Counted from the stretch's first letter, positions 9,222 through 20,349 are shown. The stretch: 64,000 nt of DNA from Bacillota bacterium (GCA_021793315.1 JAJYSZ010000002.1:14823-78822); one strand, 5' to 3'. Translations and numbers: made by a program. The notes: generated from the sequence alone by a model not told the origin.

Positions 9222-10586
9222 ATGCCGGACTTCTTGACCCGTCACATCAAGGACCCCGGGCAGCGGAAACTGGCGACGGCCGTGCAAAAAGGGGCATACG
9301 AGGGTCTCCGGCGCGCCCTCACCATGTCCAGGCAGGAGGTGGTGGCGGAAATCGACGCATCGGGCCTCAGGGGCCGGGGCGGCGCCGGCTTCCCGACCGG
9401 ACGCAAGTGGTCCTTCATCCACGCCCGGGAGGGCCAGAGCGTCTACCTCCTCTGCAACGCGGACGAGAGCGAGCCCGGCACCTTCAAGGACCACTACCTG
9501 ATGGCGTTCGACCCGCACCTCGTGCTGGAGGGTGTGGCGATCGGCGCCTACGCGATCGGCGCGCACCAGGCCTACATCTACTTGCGCGGCGAGTACGCCT
9601 CGGTCGCCGCGACGCTGGGGGAAGCCCTGAGCGAGGCCACCGACGCAGGCATCCTGGGCCCGAATTGCCTTGGCTCGGACTTTGACCTGCGCATCGCGCT
9701 GCAACTCGGGGCAGGGGCCTACATCTGCGGCGAGGAGACGGGACTGATCCAGTCCCTTGAGGGCAAACGGGCCTACCCGCGCGTGCGACCGCCATTCCCG
9801 GCTGTACACGGCTTCCTGCGGGAGCCGACCGTCGTCAACAACGTCGAGACCCTCGCAAGCGCCGCGCGCATCATGGCCGAAGGGGCAGAAGCCTACACCA
9901 AGCTGGGCACCAAGCAGAGCGCTGGCACGAAGCTGATCAGCGTCAGCGGCGCCGTCGAGCGGCCGGGCATCTACGAGGTGGAGATGGGCTATCCCCTGAT
10001 GGAGTTCCTTGCGCACGAGGCGGGTGGCATCCCTTTGGGCCGTCGGCTCAAGGGGATCATCCCGGGTGGCACATCGGTGCCCATCCTGACCGCCGACGAG
10101 GCGGCCCCGCTTACGATCGACTACGAGTCGATGCAGTCCGCCGGCACGATGCTCGGCAGCGGCGGCATGATCGTGTTCGACGAGGACACCCGCATGCCCC
10201 ATGCCCTCTTGCGCATCGCGGAGTTCTACGCGCACGAGTCCTGCGGCGAGTGCACGCCATGCCGGGAGGGAACCGGCTGGATGGCCTGGGTCTTGCGGCG
10301 CCTGCTCGCCGGCGAGGGCAGACCGGGCGACCTCGAGCTTCTGCTGCGCGTCGGCGACAACATCGAGGGCCGGACGATCTGCGGGCTGGGCGACGCGTCG
10401 GTGCAGCCGGTGCGCAGCTTCATCCAGAAGTTCCGCCCGGAGTTCGAGGCGCTCGAGCCAGCCGGGATGGACTGGCCAGCCTGGCAGATCCACGGCCATG
10501 GTCCACGGACCGGGCGTTTCGGCCCGCCAGTCGAGGAGGCCGCGAGGTCGCAACCCGTCGAGGGGTCCCCGGACTACGTCCTGTGA
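9222..10586 (+). CDS. nuoF: NADH-quinone oxidoreductase subunit F (51 kDa, FMN/NADH-binding, 4Fe-4S)
   Basis: Contains GRGGAGFPTGRKW, ESCGECTPCREGT and ICGLGD. A GAGGAGGTG ribosome-binding site precedes the ATG. Confidence 0.95.
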   Translation: MPDFLTRHIKDPGQRKLATAVQKGAYEGLRRALTMSRQEVVAEIDASGLRGRGGAGFPTGRKWSFIHAREGQSVYLLCNADESEPGTFKDHYLMAFDPHLVLEGVAIGAYAIGAHQAYIYLRGEYASVAATLGEALSEATDAGILGPNCLGSDFDLRIALQLGAGAYICGEETGLIQSLEGKRAYPRVRPPFPAVHGFLREPTVVNNVETLASAARIMAEGAEAYTKLGTKQSAGTKLISVSGAVERPGIYEVEMGYPLMEFLAHEAGGIPLGRRLKGIIPGGTSVPILTADEAAPLTIDYESMQSAGTMLGSGGMIVFDEDTRMPHALLRIAEFYAHESCGECTPCREGTGWMAWVLRRLLAGEGRPGDLELLLRVGDNIEGRTICGLGDASVQPVRSFIQKFRPEFEALEPAGMDWPAWQIHGHGPRTGRFGPPVEEAARSQPVEGSPDYVL

Positions 10587-10602
10587 AGGAGGGTGAGCGC
10601 CC

Positions 10603-12249
10603 GTGCCGATCGTGACGATCGACGGCAGGCAGATTGAAGTCGAGCCGGGGACGAGCGTGATCCAAGCCGCGGACCTCCTCGGCGTGGAGATCCCGCGCTT
10701 CTGCTACCACCCCGATCTGGAACCCGAGGGCAACTGCCGCATGTGCCTCGTCGACGTCGAGGGATTCCCGAAGCCTGTGGTGGCCTGTGCGACCCCGGTC
10801 GTGGACGGGATGGTCGTCAAGACGCCGCATGCGAGCCCTCTTGCGTCACGGGCCGTGAAGGGCGTGCTCGAGTTCCTGCTCGTCAATCACCCGATCGACT
10901 GCCCGATCTGCGACAAGGCCGGGGAGTGCTCGCTGCAGGACTTCTACATGCACCCGGACTACGGACAGCATCCAAGCCAGGTGAACCCCGGGGAGAAAGT
11001 CCACAAGCGCAAGCGGGTCGATCTCGGGCCGCGCATCGTGCTCGACGCCGAGCGCTGCGTGATGTGCTCGCGCTGCGTGCGCTTCTCGGAGAACGTCACA
11101 GGCTACAAGGAGCTCCAGTTCATCCGGCGGGGCAACCACGTGGAGCTCGTTTCCTTCCAGGAACGTGCCCTGCAGGACCCCTATGCCGGCAATTTCGCCG
11201 ACATCTGCCCGGTGGGGGCGCTCCTCTCGCGCGACTTCCGCTTCAAGCGCCGCGTCTGGAAGCTGGACTACACCGACTCGATCTGCGCCGGCTGCAGTAC
11301 TGGCTGCAACCTGCGCATCGACCACTTCGACGGTCGGATCGAGCGCCTGATCCCGCGCCGCAACCCGGACGTCAACCGCAGCTGGCTCTGCGACGAGGGC
11401 CGCCTGAGCTACAAGACGCTCGATGTGGCGCCGCGTGTCAAACACCCGCAGCAGGATGGCGAGGAAGCGGACTGGGTGGAGGTGGCGGCCGCGGCCGACT
11501 CTCGCCTGCGCTCGGCGACGCTCGGCAGGGAACTGCCGCTCGGGGCACTTGCCTCCGCTTCCGGTACGAACGAGACGCTCTGGCTCTTTCGGCGCTACGT
11601 CGAAGCGGCCTTCCCTCAGCATCTCCTGGAGTTTCGCCTTGCACGGGAGACCGAAGCGGTCCGCGAACGGCAGGACAAGCTCCTGCGCCGCGTCGACAAG
11701 CACCCGAACACGATGGGCGCCCTGCACCTCGGCTTCACGGCGGGCATGGGGCTCGAAGGCCTCGTCGACGAGGCCGAGGCGGGCCGGCTCGGGGCCCTCT
11801 TGCTGCTCTACTATCCGCCGCTGGTCGGCGAGGACTCCGAGGAAACCAAAGAGCGCATCGTGCGCCTGCTGCAGCTGGTCCCCGAGAGCGTCGTGCTCAC
11901 GACGCACCACCTCCCGTATCTCGCCGCGGCGAAGATCCTGCTGCCCGTGGCCGCGTGGTCCGAGGAGGAGGGCACCTACACCAACTACCAGGGCACTGTC
12001 CAGCATGCGAGCCGTGCCGTGGCATCGCCCAGCGCGGCCAGGCCCGCCGCGGAAGTGATCGGAGACCTCATGCGGCACGCTACGTACGGGCGGCCCGAAA
12101 CCGAGCCGGGACGGGTGTTCGCGGAGATCGCGGACAGAGTTCCCGCCTTCCGGGGCCTACGTTACAACGAGCTTGCAAGCCGCCTGGCGACTGCGTACCC
12201 GCCCGAAGGGAGGATGCCCTATGGCCAAGACGGCTTCACGGGTCGTTGA
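10603..12249 (+). CDS. nuoG: NADH-quinone oxidoreductase subunit G, short form (548 aa)
   Basis: The N-terminus has 2Fe-2S and 4Fe-4S cysteine clusters (CYHPDL..C..C, HPIDCPICDKAGEC, CVMCSRCVRF, CPVGAL). GTG start at 10603 sits after an AAGGAGGG site. Confidence 0.9.
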   Translation: MPIVTIDGRQIEVEPGTSVIQAADLLGVEIPRFCYHPDLEPEGNCRMCLVDVEGFPKPVVACATPVVDGMVVKTPHASPLASRAVKGVLEFLLVNHPIDCPICDKAGECSLQDFYMHPDYGQHPSQVNPGEKVHKRKRVDLGPRIVLDAERCVMCSRCVRFSENVTGYKELQFIRRGNHVELVSFQERALQDPYAGNFADICPVGALLSRDFRFKRRVWKLDYTDSICAGCSTGCNLRIDHFDGRIERLIPRRNPDVNRSWLCDEGRLSYKTLDVAPRVKHPQQDGEEADWVEVAAAADSRLRSATLGRELPLGALASASGTNETLWLFRRYVEAAFPQHLLEFRLARETEAVRERQDKLLRRVDKHPNTMGALHLGFTAGMGLEGLVDEAEAGRLGALLLLYYPPLVGEDSEETKERIVRLLQLVPESVVLTTHHLPYLAAAKILLPVAAWSEEEGTYTNYQGTVQHASRAVASPSAARPAAEVIGDLMRHATYGRPETEPGRVFAEIADRVPAFRGLRYNELASRLATAYPPEGRMPYGQDGFTGR

Positions 12250-12796
12250 CGTCCGCGCAGAGGCGGAAAAGCACGCGACCGGCCTGCGCGGCACGACCGG
12301 CACGCTTGCCGGCCTGGGGGTCACGCTGCGCAACATGGTCCGCCCGCAGCACGTCACGATCCAGTACCCGGAACAGCGCAAGCCATACTCGCGCCGCTTC
12401 CGCGGCGTGCACGTGCTGACCCTGCGCGAGGACGGCAGTCTCAAGTGCACCGCCTGCTATCTCTGCGAGACGGTCTGCCCGGCGCAGTGCATCTCGATCG
12501 ACGCCAAGGAAGTGGAGGACCCGCGCATCGAGAAGGCGCCGTCGCGGTACGAGATCGACCTGAGCCGCTGCATCTTCTGCGGCTTCTGCGTCGAGGCATG
12601 CCCTGAGGAAGCCCTGATCATGAGCCGGGAGTACGACCTCGCCGTGACTGCCCGAGAGCCGGAGAGCCTTACCTACGGCATTGAGGACTTTACCGGGCGG
12701 TCGGAGATCGCGGCCTACGGGGCCGGCTTCCGTCCCCACCCGGAGTATCCGCTGGTGGAAAGCTACGTGCCTGGGGAACGCAAGGGCGAAATTTGA
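12221..12796 (+). CDS. nuoI: NADH-quinone oxidoreductase subunit I (2x 4Fe-4S ferredoxin)
   Basis: Contains CTACYLCETVCPAQCI and CIFCGFCVEACP. A GAAGGGAGG site lies 7 nt upstream of the ATG at 12221. The track start at 12173 lies inside nuoG, so it is unlikely. Confidence 0.9.
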   Translation: MAKTASRVVDVRAEAEKHATGLRGTTGTLAGLGVTLRNMVRPQHVTIQYPEQRKPYSRRFRGVHVLTLREDGSLKCTACYLCETVCPAQCISIDAKEVEDPRIEKAPSRYEIDLSRCIFCGFCVEACPEEALIMSREYDLAVTAREPESLTYGIEDFTGRSEIAAYGAGFRPHPEYPLVESYVPGERKGEI

Positions 12797-12900
12797 GCGG
12801 CGAGGCACGGCCCGCCGAAGCCCTCTATCCGGAACCGCGCTGAGGCCGCCCTCGGATCGCCTTGCGCGCCGGCTGGCCCGGCGGCGGACCGGCCATGGGC

Positions 12901-13938
12901 CTACGCCTCCAGGGGGCGGCGCGCAAGGAGTTCGCTTGCCAGTCCCAGGAAGACGATCACCCAGGCCGCATAGGCAACCCAGCTGAAGCCCCAGGCCAAG
13001 GGCGGCAGCCACGGCAGCCCGGCGATCCGCCCGAAGAAGTCGGTCGCGGTCGTGTACATGCCAAGCGGAAAGACGAGGCTCCAGAGCGCCGGCTCGTAGG
13101 CAACGGGCGATCGGCCGCGGCCGTAGCGCCAGACGCCGAACAGCACGAGCGCCGGGATCCAGAAGCTGCCGAAGGCCCAGAACATGAAGGAGATGCCGAC
13201 GACGACCGGCGCGATCACGTGGAGCTCCCCCGGCATGGGCACAGCGAGAAGGCGCGCGCCGGCCAGGACCGTGATGGCTGTGGCGCCCATGTTGATCCAG
13301 TAGGGCGGCGTCAGTTCGGCCGCCGTCATCGGCGAAAGCAGGAGGCGCGCCGTGATGATCGCCATGAGGATTAGATAGAGAAGTGCGCCGATGCCCCACA
13401 GCATCGCGGCGAGGAACGCGAGGAGGGCCCCGTCGCCGATGCCCTGGGCCGAGAAGGCGGACCCTACGGTCGAGACCGACTGCGTCGCCACGACCCAGAT
13501 CAGCCAGGAGGCGTTGACGCTCTGGCCAAGCCGGCGTTCCGAGGACCCGAGCATCAGTCCGACCGGGATCGAGTAGGTCAGCCAGAGCCAGCTGAAGGCG
13601 CCGATCACCCCCAGGGCCAGGGCGATCCGCATCTCGCCGGCGGCCGCGTAGCGCACCGCGAGAACGTTCGAGGCCGCGACGAAGGTGAAAAAGCCGAACG
13701 CCTTGCCAGGGGCCCTCGCGTCCTCCAGCATCTCGGCGGGGCAGAGGGCCATGCGCGCGAGGTAGAGGGCGATCAGCAGCACGTAGCCCACCGTGCCGAC
13801 GAGCAGCAGGAAGTCCGAAAAGGCCTGCAGCGTGAAGAGTGCGGCGGCGGTCGAGACGATGCCGGTCGCCATGACGAATGCGAAGTAGCCTGGGTAGAGG
13901 TCTCGCAAGGTCCTGTGCGATGCACGTGCGGCAGGCAT
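12901..13938 (-). CDS. TDT-family (TehA/SLAC1-like) anion/tellurite-resistance transporter
   Basis: Polytopic membrane protein with DLYPGYFAFVMATGIVSTAA, characteristic of the TehA family. An AAGGAG site lies 9 nt upstream of the internal ATG at 13938. Confidence 0.75.
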   Translation of the reverse strand: MPAARASHRTLRDLYPGYFAFVMATGIVSTAAALFTLQAFSDFLLLVGTVGYVLLIALYLARMALCPAEMLEDARAPGKAFGFFTFVAASNVLAVRYAAAGEMRIALALGVIGAFSWLWLTYSIPVGLMLGSSERRLGQSVNASWLIWVVATQSVSTVGSAFSAQGIGDGALLAFLAAMLWGIGALLYLILMAIITARLLLSPMTAAELTPPYWINMGATAITVLAGARLLAVPMPGELHVIAPVVVGISFMFWAFGSFWIPALVLFGVWRYGRGRSPVAYEPALWSLVFPLGMYTTATDFFGRIAGLPWLPPLAWGFSWVAYAAWVIVFLGLASELLARRPLEA

Positions 13939-14177
13939 CAGACCATTCTCCTTATCTGCGGCCGGACTGCCCAGGGCGACGTGCGCCGCTCCCCGCCAAT
14001 CGCCGTCACCCGGCCGCCCCTGCCGGCCATGCCGAAGGCCGGGCGACCGGAAAGGGCCTGTCACCGCCAGCATGCGCAGTTCCCTTTCGCTTCACGCCCG
14101 GCCTTCCTTGCCGCCATCAGGGATGAGCCCTTTGCCGAGGTCAGCCGCCTTGCAGGCACCGGGAGCCGGCAGGTCAC

Positions 14178-16118
14178 TCAGCTCGCGTAGTTGCCCGCGA
14201 CCCAGTGGCCCTTTGCCACCTCGTGCAAGGCGAAGGCCTCGCTGCCAGGCGCGGCCCAGTCCGGGCGGGGCCGGTCGAGGTCCTCGAGCGACGAGATCTT
14301 GAGATCATCCCGGTGGGCCCGGGGATCCGGCACCGGGATGGCCGCGAGCAGGGTGCGGGTGTACGGGTGGATCGGGTGCTCATAGAGCTCGTCGGTCTCG
14401 GCGAGTTCCACGAGGCGGCCGAGGTACATCACCCCGACGCGGCTGGAGATGTGGCGCACCACTGAAAGCCCGTGCGCGATGAAGAGATAGGTGAGGCCGA
14501 GACGTTCCTGCAGCTCCATCAGGAGATTGATGATCTGGGCCTGTACCGAGACGTCGAGCGCCGAGACGGCCTCGTCGGCGACGATGAGCTTCGGGTTCAG
14601 CGCGATCGCACGGGCGATGCCGATCCGCTGGCGCTGTCCGCCGGAGAACTCATGCGGGTAGCGGCTCCTCCAGCTCGGACTCAGCCCCACTTCCTGCATC
14701 AGTTCCGCCACGCGCTCCTCCTTCGCCCTGCCCGTCAGAAGGTGATGGATCTCCAGCGGCTCACCGATGATGTCGCCGACGCTCATGCGCGGATCGAGAG
14801 AGGCGTAGGGGTCCTGGAAAATGACCTGCACGTCGCGGCGCAGCTCCCTGAGTTCCCGCGGCGTCAGGGAGCTGAGGTCCCGGCCTTCGAACTTGACCGT
14901 GCCACCGGTAGCGTCCTGCAGGCGCAGGAGCACGCGCCCGAGCGTCGACTTGCCGCAGCCGGACTCGCCCACGAGACCGAGCGTCTCGCCGGGGTAGATC
15001 TTGAAGGAGACGCCATCGACGGCCCGGACGTAGTCCTTCGTCCGGTGGAAGAGGCCGCCCTTGGTCGGGAAGTACTTCTTGATGTCGGTCACCTCGAGGA
15101 GTGGCTCGGCGCCCGCCCGGGACGTGAATTCGCCGCCCGCAGGCTCCGCCTTCGCCGCCTGGGCATCCACCTTGGTCTCATAGTTGTACCAGGTGGCCAC
15201 CAGGTGCCCGTCGCCCTTGGGATCGGTGAGAACGGGGTCCTGTGTGCGCGTGAATCCCTGCACGACATAGGGGCAACGCGGCGTGAACCGGCCCTCGAGG
15301 TTCGGCAACCTCTGGCCGCGGCTGCCGTCCAGCCGGGGCACGCAGCCCAAAAGGCCGGACGTGTAGGGGTGGTACGGCTGGTCGAAGATCTGCTCGGTCT
15401 TTCCCACCTCCACGACCTTGCCGCCGTACATCACGACGATCCGGTCGGCCATCTCCGCCGCGATGCCCATGTCATGGGTGATCAGGAGGATCGACATGCC
15501 GAGCTCGCGCTTGAGCTGGCGCAGGAGGCGCAGGATCTGGGCCTGCGTCGTCACATCGAGCGCCGTGGTAGGCTCGTCCGCGATCAGGAGCTTCGGGCTG
15601 CACGCGAGGGCCATGGCGATCATGACGCGCTGGCGCATGCCGCCGGAAAACTCGTGCGGGTACTGGCTCACCCTGGCCTCCGGGTTCGGGATGCCCACGA
15701 GTCGGAGCATCTCGATCGCCCTCGCGCGGGCCGCCTCGGCGGTCGTCTGCTCGTGCAGCATCACGGCCTCGGCGATCTGGCCTCCGATTGTGTACACCGG
15801 GTTCAGGGCCGACATCGGCTCCTGGAAAATCATGCCGATCTGCTTGCCGAGGATCCTGCGCATCTCGTCGAGGTTCGCCTTCGCGAGGTCTCTGCCTTCA
15901 AACAGGATCTCCCCGCCGAGCACCCGACCGTTGTTGTAGTCCACAAGCCGCATGACCGAAAGCGATGTGACGCTCTTGCCGCTGCCGGATTCGCCCACGA
16001 GGCACACGGTCTCCCCGTGGCCGATGCTGAAGGAGACATCGTCCACCGCCACCAGCAATCCATCCGCCGTATGGAAACCGGCCGAAAGGCCTTTGATGTC
16101 GAGAAGCGGGCTTGCCAA
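14178..16118 (-). CDS. Fused double-ATPase ABC protein (DppD/DppF-like oligopeptide-type nucleotide-binding domains in tandem)
   Basis: Two complete ATPase units, each with Walker A ([16 protein letters not shown]), an LSGGMRQRV or LSGGQRQRI signature, and Walker B. A likely TTG start at 16118 follows an AGAAGGA site. No permease or substrate-binding gene is adjacent. Confidence 0.85.
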   Translation of the reverse strand: MASPLLDIKGLSAGFHTADGLLVAVDDVSFSIGHGETVCLVGESGSGKSVTSLSVMRLVDYNNGRVLGGEILFEGRDLAKANLDEMRRILGKQIGMIFQEPMSALNPVYTIGGQIAEAVMLHEQTTAEAARARAIEMLRLVGIPNPEARVSQYPHEFSGGMRQRVMIAMALACSPKLLIADEPTTALDVTTQAQILRLLRQLKRELGMSILLITHDMGIAAEMADRIVVMYGGKVVEVGKTEQIFDQPYHPYTSGLLGCVPRLDGSRGQRLPNLEGRFTPRCPYVVQGFTRTQDPVLTDPKGDGHLVATWYNYETKVDAQAAKAEPAGGEFTSRAGAEPLLEVTDIKKYFPTKGGLFHRTKDYVRAVDGVSFKIYPGETLGLVGESGCGKSTLGRVLLRLQDATGGTVKFEGRDLSSLTPRELRELRRDVQVIFQDPYASLDPRMSVGDIIGEPLEIHHLLTGRAKEERVAELMQEVGLSPSWRSRYPHEFSGGQRQRIGIARAIALNPKLIVADEAVSALDVSVQAQIINLLMELQERLGLTYLFIAHGLSVVRHISSRVGVMYLGRLVELAETDELYEHPIHPYTRTLLAAIPVPDPRAHRDDLKISSLEDLDRPRPDWAAPGSEAFALHEVAKGHWVAGNYAS

Positions 16119-16294
16119 TCCGCAGTCCTTCTTTGCGGGGTCTCTTTGTCGGATCGAGACGCCAGCTGCCACAAGCCCAGCATAGGAGCCCGTCCAAATG
16201 CGGGCTAGGTCAGGCTGCCCGTGCGGATGCCGCAACTTCTGCCTCGAGTCCCTCCCATGGCCGAAGGGAGGACGCCGTTGGGAAGGGCGCAATG

Positions 16295-17389
16295 TCAGCG
16301 CGGCAGCGGAACGCCCTGCGCCACCAGGAGGCCCTCGGTGCCCGCGCACAAATCAAGCGGCGTGATCCCGTGCTCGGGCCAGGCCTTGGCGAGCGACTCG
16401 CCCTTACCCTGCGGCACGAAGGCGATGCCGCAGTCGCCGCCGCCGGCGCCCGACGACTTGCCCGCGCCCCCGAAGGACTCCGCGAGGTCTGCGAGCCGCG
16501 AGAGTTTCGCCGTCTCGATCGGTACCCCAAGCTCGGAGCTGAGGAGCCAAAGCGCCTGCCGGGTCGCCTTGATGCCTTCGAGGAAGGGCTCGGAACCTGG
16601 GCCCTGCAGGGCATGGACAAGCTTCATCACGCCTGCGTCACTGCGCGCGAGGAAGGCAAGGTATGCGTCCCGATGGAAACGCCGCCGCCGGCGCAGGCGC
16701 CTGAGCTGATCCGCCGTGGAGGCCGGTTCGCCCGTCCACCCGACCTGCCATGGGAGCGGGGGCTTCGGCAGCGCTTCGAGCGTGAGCTGCGGCCAGTTCC
16801 GCCTGGCGATGTCGCCCGCATCCTCGCCGCGGGCCAGGAGTCTTTGCAGCCAGCGGGAATCGACGCCGCGGTAGAGCAGGTGACCGCCATAGACCGATGC
16901 CGCGATATCGATGCCGGAACCGGGGCCGAGGGCCAGCCGGTGCGCGATGATGGCCAGCTTGAAGAGGGTGAGGGGGTCGAACGGGACGGCGAAGGCGGTG
17001 AGCACGGCGGCGAGCACCGCGGCCGTCGTGGCGGCGCTCGAGCCGAGGCCGAGCTTCGCGCCCGCCTCGGCGTGCATGGTGCTGGAGACGCTCAAGCCAA
17101 AGCTCTCGGGCCGAATGCTGTGGCCCTGCATATGGGCGAAGGCCACCGCCATGGCACGGGCGATCAGGCTGAACGGCTGCTCGGGCCGCGATGGCAGGAC
17201 GTCCTCGCCCTCCCGGGCCCAGGTGCAGGAGCGCCCCTGGGCCCGCAGGACGGCCTCGCCCCAGCGGAGCTCCACCGTGGTGTGGCGGGAAACCGCGGCG
17301 ACGATCCCTGGGTGGCCGGGTTCCAGCACCGCGAACTCGCCGGCCAGGACGAGCTTGCCGGGAGCGCGCGCCGTCACGTCCGCCGTCAC
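16295..17389 (-). CDS. Phosphomevalonate kinase (GHMP kinase family)
   Basis: Contains [16 protein letters not shown], the GHMP motif LGLGSSAA, and C-terminal [11 protein letters not shown]. Its GTG start overlaps the decarboxylase stop as GTGA. Confidence 0.8.
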   Translation of the reverse strand: MTADVTARAPGKLVLAGEFAVLEPGHPGIVAAVSRHTTVELRWGEAVLRAQGRSCTWAREGEDVLPSRPEQPFSLIARAMAVAFAHMQGHSIRPESFGLSVSSTMHAEAGAKLGLGSSAATTAAVLAAVLTAFAVPFDPLTLFKLAIIAHRLALGPGSGIDIAASVYGGHLLYRGVDSRWLQRLLARGEDAGDIARRNWPQLTLEALPKPPLPWQVGWTGEPASTADQLRRLRRRRRFHRDAYLAFLARSDAGVMKLVHALQGPGSEPFLEGIKATRQALWLLSSELGVPIETAKLSRLADLAESFGGAGKSSGAGGGDCGIAFVPQGKGESLAKAWPEHGITPLDLCAGTEGLLVAQGVPLPR

Positions 17390-18363
17390 TCCGCCCCCAG
17401 GAGCCGCGCCGCCGGCCCCGGCCCGCTTACGAGCACCTCCGAGACCTCCGGCAGGGCGGCGAGTTCCGCCTCGAGCGCAGCCGCGCAGTCCCTCGACGTG
17501 AGCACATGGACGTGAGGGCCCGCGTCCATGCTCGCGTAGGCATGGAGTCCCTCGCGCCGCAAGGCGCGCACCTTCTCGAGCACCCGCAGCGTGCCGGGCG
17601 ACCAGTAGAGGACCGGCGGGCTGGCCGCCATGGCGACGGCGTGCATGCGCATGGCGTTCTCCTCCGCCACCCGGCCGAGGAGATGGAGATCCCGCTCCGC
17701 AATGGCCTGCCGCAACAGGTTCAGATCCTTTTCCGCCTGCTGGCGCCAAACCGGATAGAAGGGCGACGTCTCGACGCTGCGCCGCATGCCCTCGGAACTC
17801 GGCACCTCCTTCGCGCCGGAGCGGACAAGGACGATCAGCACGGGAAGGTCCCAGTGATCTTGCGGTGCGAGCGGCACCGAGAAGGAGTCGCTGCCGTCGG
17901 GAAGGCTACCGGGCAGCCACTCGACGAATCCGCCGTAGACCGACCGGCAGGCACTGCCCGAGCCCTGACGCGCGAGGCGCGAGAGCGCCGCTCCCTCGAG
18001 CTCCAGCCCCGCCGCCCGGCTGGCGGCGAGCGCGAGCGCGGCAAACGCGGAGGCCGACGAGGCGAGGCCAGCCGCCGTCGGAAACCCGTTCTCGGACTCC
18101 ACGCGGGCGCGGCAGTCTGTCCCTGCCATGGCCCGCACGATGTGGAGGAGGCCCTGGACCCGGCGGGGCGACCCCACGCGCCTTCCGCCGAGGCGGATGT
18201 CGTCCTCCTCGAGGCTCGGGTCGAAGGCGACCAAGGTGCGGGTCTCGAGTCCCTCGAGGGTCAGGGAGATGCTGCCGTGCTGCGGCAGGATGAGCCCTTC
18301 GTCGCGCTTGCCCCAGTACTTGACCAGCGCGAGGTTGGCGTTCGCGACCGCCGTCGCCCGCAT
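17386..18363 (-). CDS. Diphosphomevalonate decarboxylase
   Basis: Starts MRATAVANANLALVKYWGKRD and contains GLASSASAFAALA. Its ATG overlaps the isomerase stop as ATGA. Confidence 0.85.
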   Translation of the reverse strand: MRATAVANANLALVKYWGKRDEGLILPQHGSISLTLEGLETRTLVAFDPSLEEDDIRLGGRRVGSPRRVQGLLHIVRAMAGTDCRARVESENGFPTAAGLASSASAFAALALAASRAAGLELEGAALSRLARQGSGSACRSVYGGFVEWLPGSLPDGSDSFSVPLAPQDHWDLPVLIVLVRSGAKEVPSSEGMRRSVETSPFYPVWRQQAEKDLNLLRQAIAERDLHLLGRVAEENAMRMHAVAMAASPPVLYWSPGTLRVLEKVRALRREGLHAYASMDAGPHVHVLTSRDCAAALEAELAALPEVSEVLVSGPGPAARLLGAE

Positions 18364-19394
18364 CAGGACAGCTCCGCGACGAGGTGCTGGCCGCGGCGCA
18401 GCTCGCCGAGGTCCCGCGCCCCGACGAGGAACATGGCGAGGCGCAGCTCCCTTGCAAAGCGCAGCAGCACGTCCTCGACGGCCTCTTGGGAGACGTCCGC
18501 CGCCGAGAGGAGCGGCAGCGCCAGACCCACGAGGTCCGCGCCAAGCGCGAGAGCCTTCGCCGCCGTGATGCCGTCGCGAATGCCGCCCGAGGCGATCAGG
18601 GGCATGCCCGGCAGCTCCGCGCGGCAGAGGACGAGGCTCTGCGCCGTCGGGATGCCCCACTCGGCGAACCTGAGACCGAGTTGGCGCCTCGCGGGTTCCT
18701 CCGCGCGCAGGGCCTCGATCTTGGACCAGGAGGTGCCGCCGGCGCCACTGACGTCGATGGCGGCCACGCCGCTGTCGGAGAGCAGCCGGGCGGTGCGGGG
18801 CGAGATGCCCGCGCCCACCTCCTTCGCCAGGACCGGTCGGCCGAGCCCGCGGGCCACCTCGCCGATGCGGACGGCAAGGTTGCGGTAGTCGGTGTTGCCG
18901 CCTTCCTGGATCGCCTCCTGCAAGGGGTTCAGGTGCAGGAAGAGTCCGTCGGCGTCAATCATGCCGATCACCTGCCGGAGCTCGGCGAGACCGTAGCCGC
19001 GGTTCAGTTGGGCCGCTCCGAGATTCGCGTAGACGGGCACGTCCGGGGCCACCTCCCGCACCACCCCGAAGCTCTGCCTCGCCTCGGGGTGGCGCAGGGC
19101 GGCGCGCTGGCTGCCGACGGCCATCGGGATGCCGAGCGCGTTCGCCGCCGCGGCGAGATGGCGGTTGATCTCGAGACCGCGCGCGGCGCCGCCGGTCATG
19201 CTGGAAATGATGAAGGGCATGGCAAGCTCCCGGCCGAGGAAGGCAGTCCGGATGTCCACGTCCTCCGGGGCGATCTCGGGCAGGGCCTCATGCAGGAACC
19301 TGTAGTGCTCGAAGCCCGTCGGGCGCTCCATCTCCACCGGCTCGTGCAGGCAGATCTCGAGGTGCTCGCGCTTGCGCTCCGTGGTGCTCTTCAC
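18363..19394 (-). CDS. fni: Isopentenyl-diphosphate isomerase, type 2 (FMN-dependent)
   Basis: Contains KREHLEICL...FIISSMTGG...ASGGIRDG. The GTG start at 19394 overlaps the mevalonate-kinase stop as GTGA. Confidence 0.9.
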   Translation of the reverse strand: MKSTTERKREHLEICLHEPVEMERPTGFEHYRFLHEALPEIAPEDVDIRTAFLGRELAMPFIISSMTGGAARGLEINRHLAAAANALGIPMAVGSQRAALRHPEARQSFGVVREVAPDVPVYANLGAAQLNRGYGLAELRQVIGMIDADGLFLHLNPLQEAIQEGGNTDYRNLAVRIGEVARGLGRPVLAKEVGAGISPRTARLLSDSGVAAIDVSGAGGTSWSKIEALRAEEPARRQLGLRFAEWGIPTAQSLVLCRAELPGMPLIASGGIRDGITAAKALALGADLVGLALPLLSAADVSQEAVEDVLLRFARELRLAMFLVGARDLGELRRGQHLVAELS

Positions 19395-20349
19395 GCGGCT
19401 TCCTCCCCGCCGAAGCTCGCAAGCCAAGTGGCCCTGGCGCCTTGCGCTCGCATCGCCCGGGCCAGGTGCTCCGCCGCCCCGGGATCCCTTGCGAGCGCCA
19501 GGACGCAGCCGCCGCGGCCGCCGCCCGTCAGCTTCGCCCCCAGCGCCCCCGCGTTGCGCGCCGCCAGGACGAGGCGGTCCAAGGCGGGCAGCGAGACCCC
19601 GAGGGCCTCAAGCTCGCACTGGGCGTCGTTCATCGACTGGCCCAGCCGACCCGTGTCGCCCTGGGTGGCCGCCGCCTGTGCTCCCTCGGCGAGGCGTCCG
19701 AGCGTCTCGAGCCGCGTCCGGGTGTCCTCGGCATCGCGCACGAGGCGCCTGCGCACCCCTTCGACGGCCCCGCGCGTCTCGGACGGCAAGCCGCTGTCGG
19801 CGATGACGAAGTGGAGCGGTCTCGCCGGCCTCAAGGGCACCGCGGCCAGACCCCTGCGGAAACTGACCATGCCCTCCGCCACGACCGCCGCCGCGTCGAC
19901 GCCGCTTGCGGCGCCGTGCGCGAACGACTCGGCGACGCCCACGAGCCTGAGGAGCGTCTCTCTATCGAGGGGAGCGCCACAGCTTCGGTAGATCGCCTGG
20001 ACGAGCGATGCGGCAAGGGCCGCGCTCGAACCGAGCCCCCGGCCGATGGGAACGTCGGACAGCACCTTGAGCTCAATGTCCCTGGCAGGGCGCGAGAGCT
20101 TGGCGAGCGCTGCCTCGACGAGCGCCTTGATGCCGTCGAAGACCCCAGGCGCCTCCGCGAGCGGCCCTGCGTAGAGCGGGCAGTCCAGGGTGATCGGGCC
20201 TTCGGCGGGCCAGGCCTCTGTCCGCACCGTCAGGGCGGGAAGCGGCGCGGCCAGCACGGGATAACCGAAGACGGCGGCGTGCTCCCCGACGATGATGACC
20301 TTCGCGTGCGCCTGCCCGACCGCCGTGCGGACGCTGGCCATGGTCGCCG

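Noticed and set aside
7070-12078. Long minus-strand ORFs (7070..8398, 8649..10553, 10846..12078) antisense to the nuo genes
   Set aside because: The nuo frames carry unmistakable Fe-S and NuoB/C/D/F motifs. The antisense frames are Arg/Ala/Gly-rich shadows.
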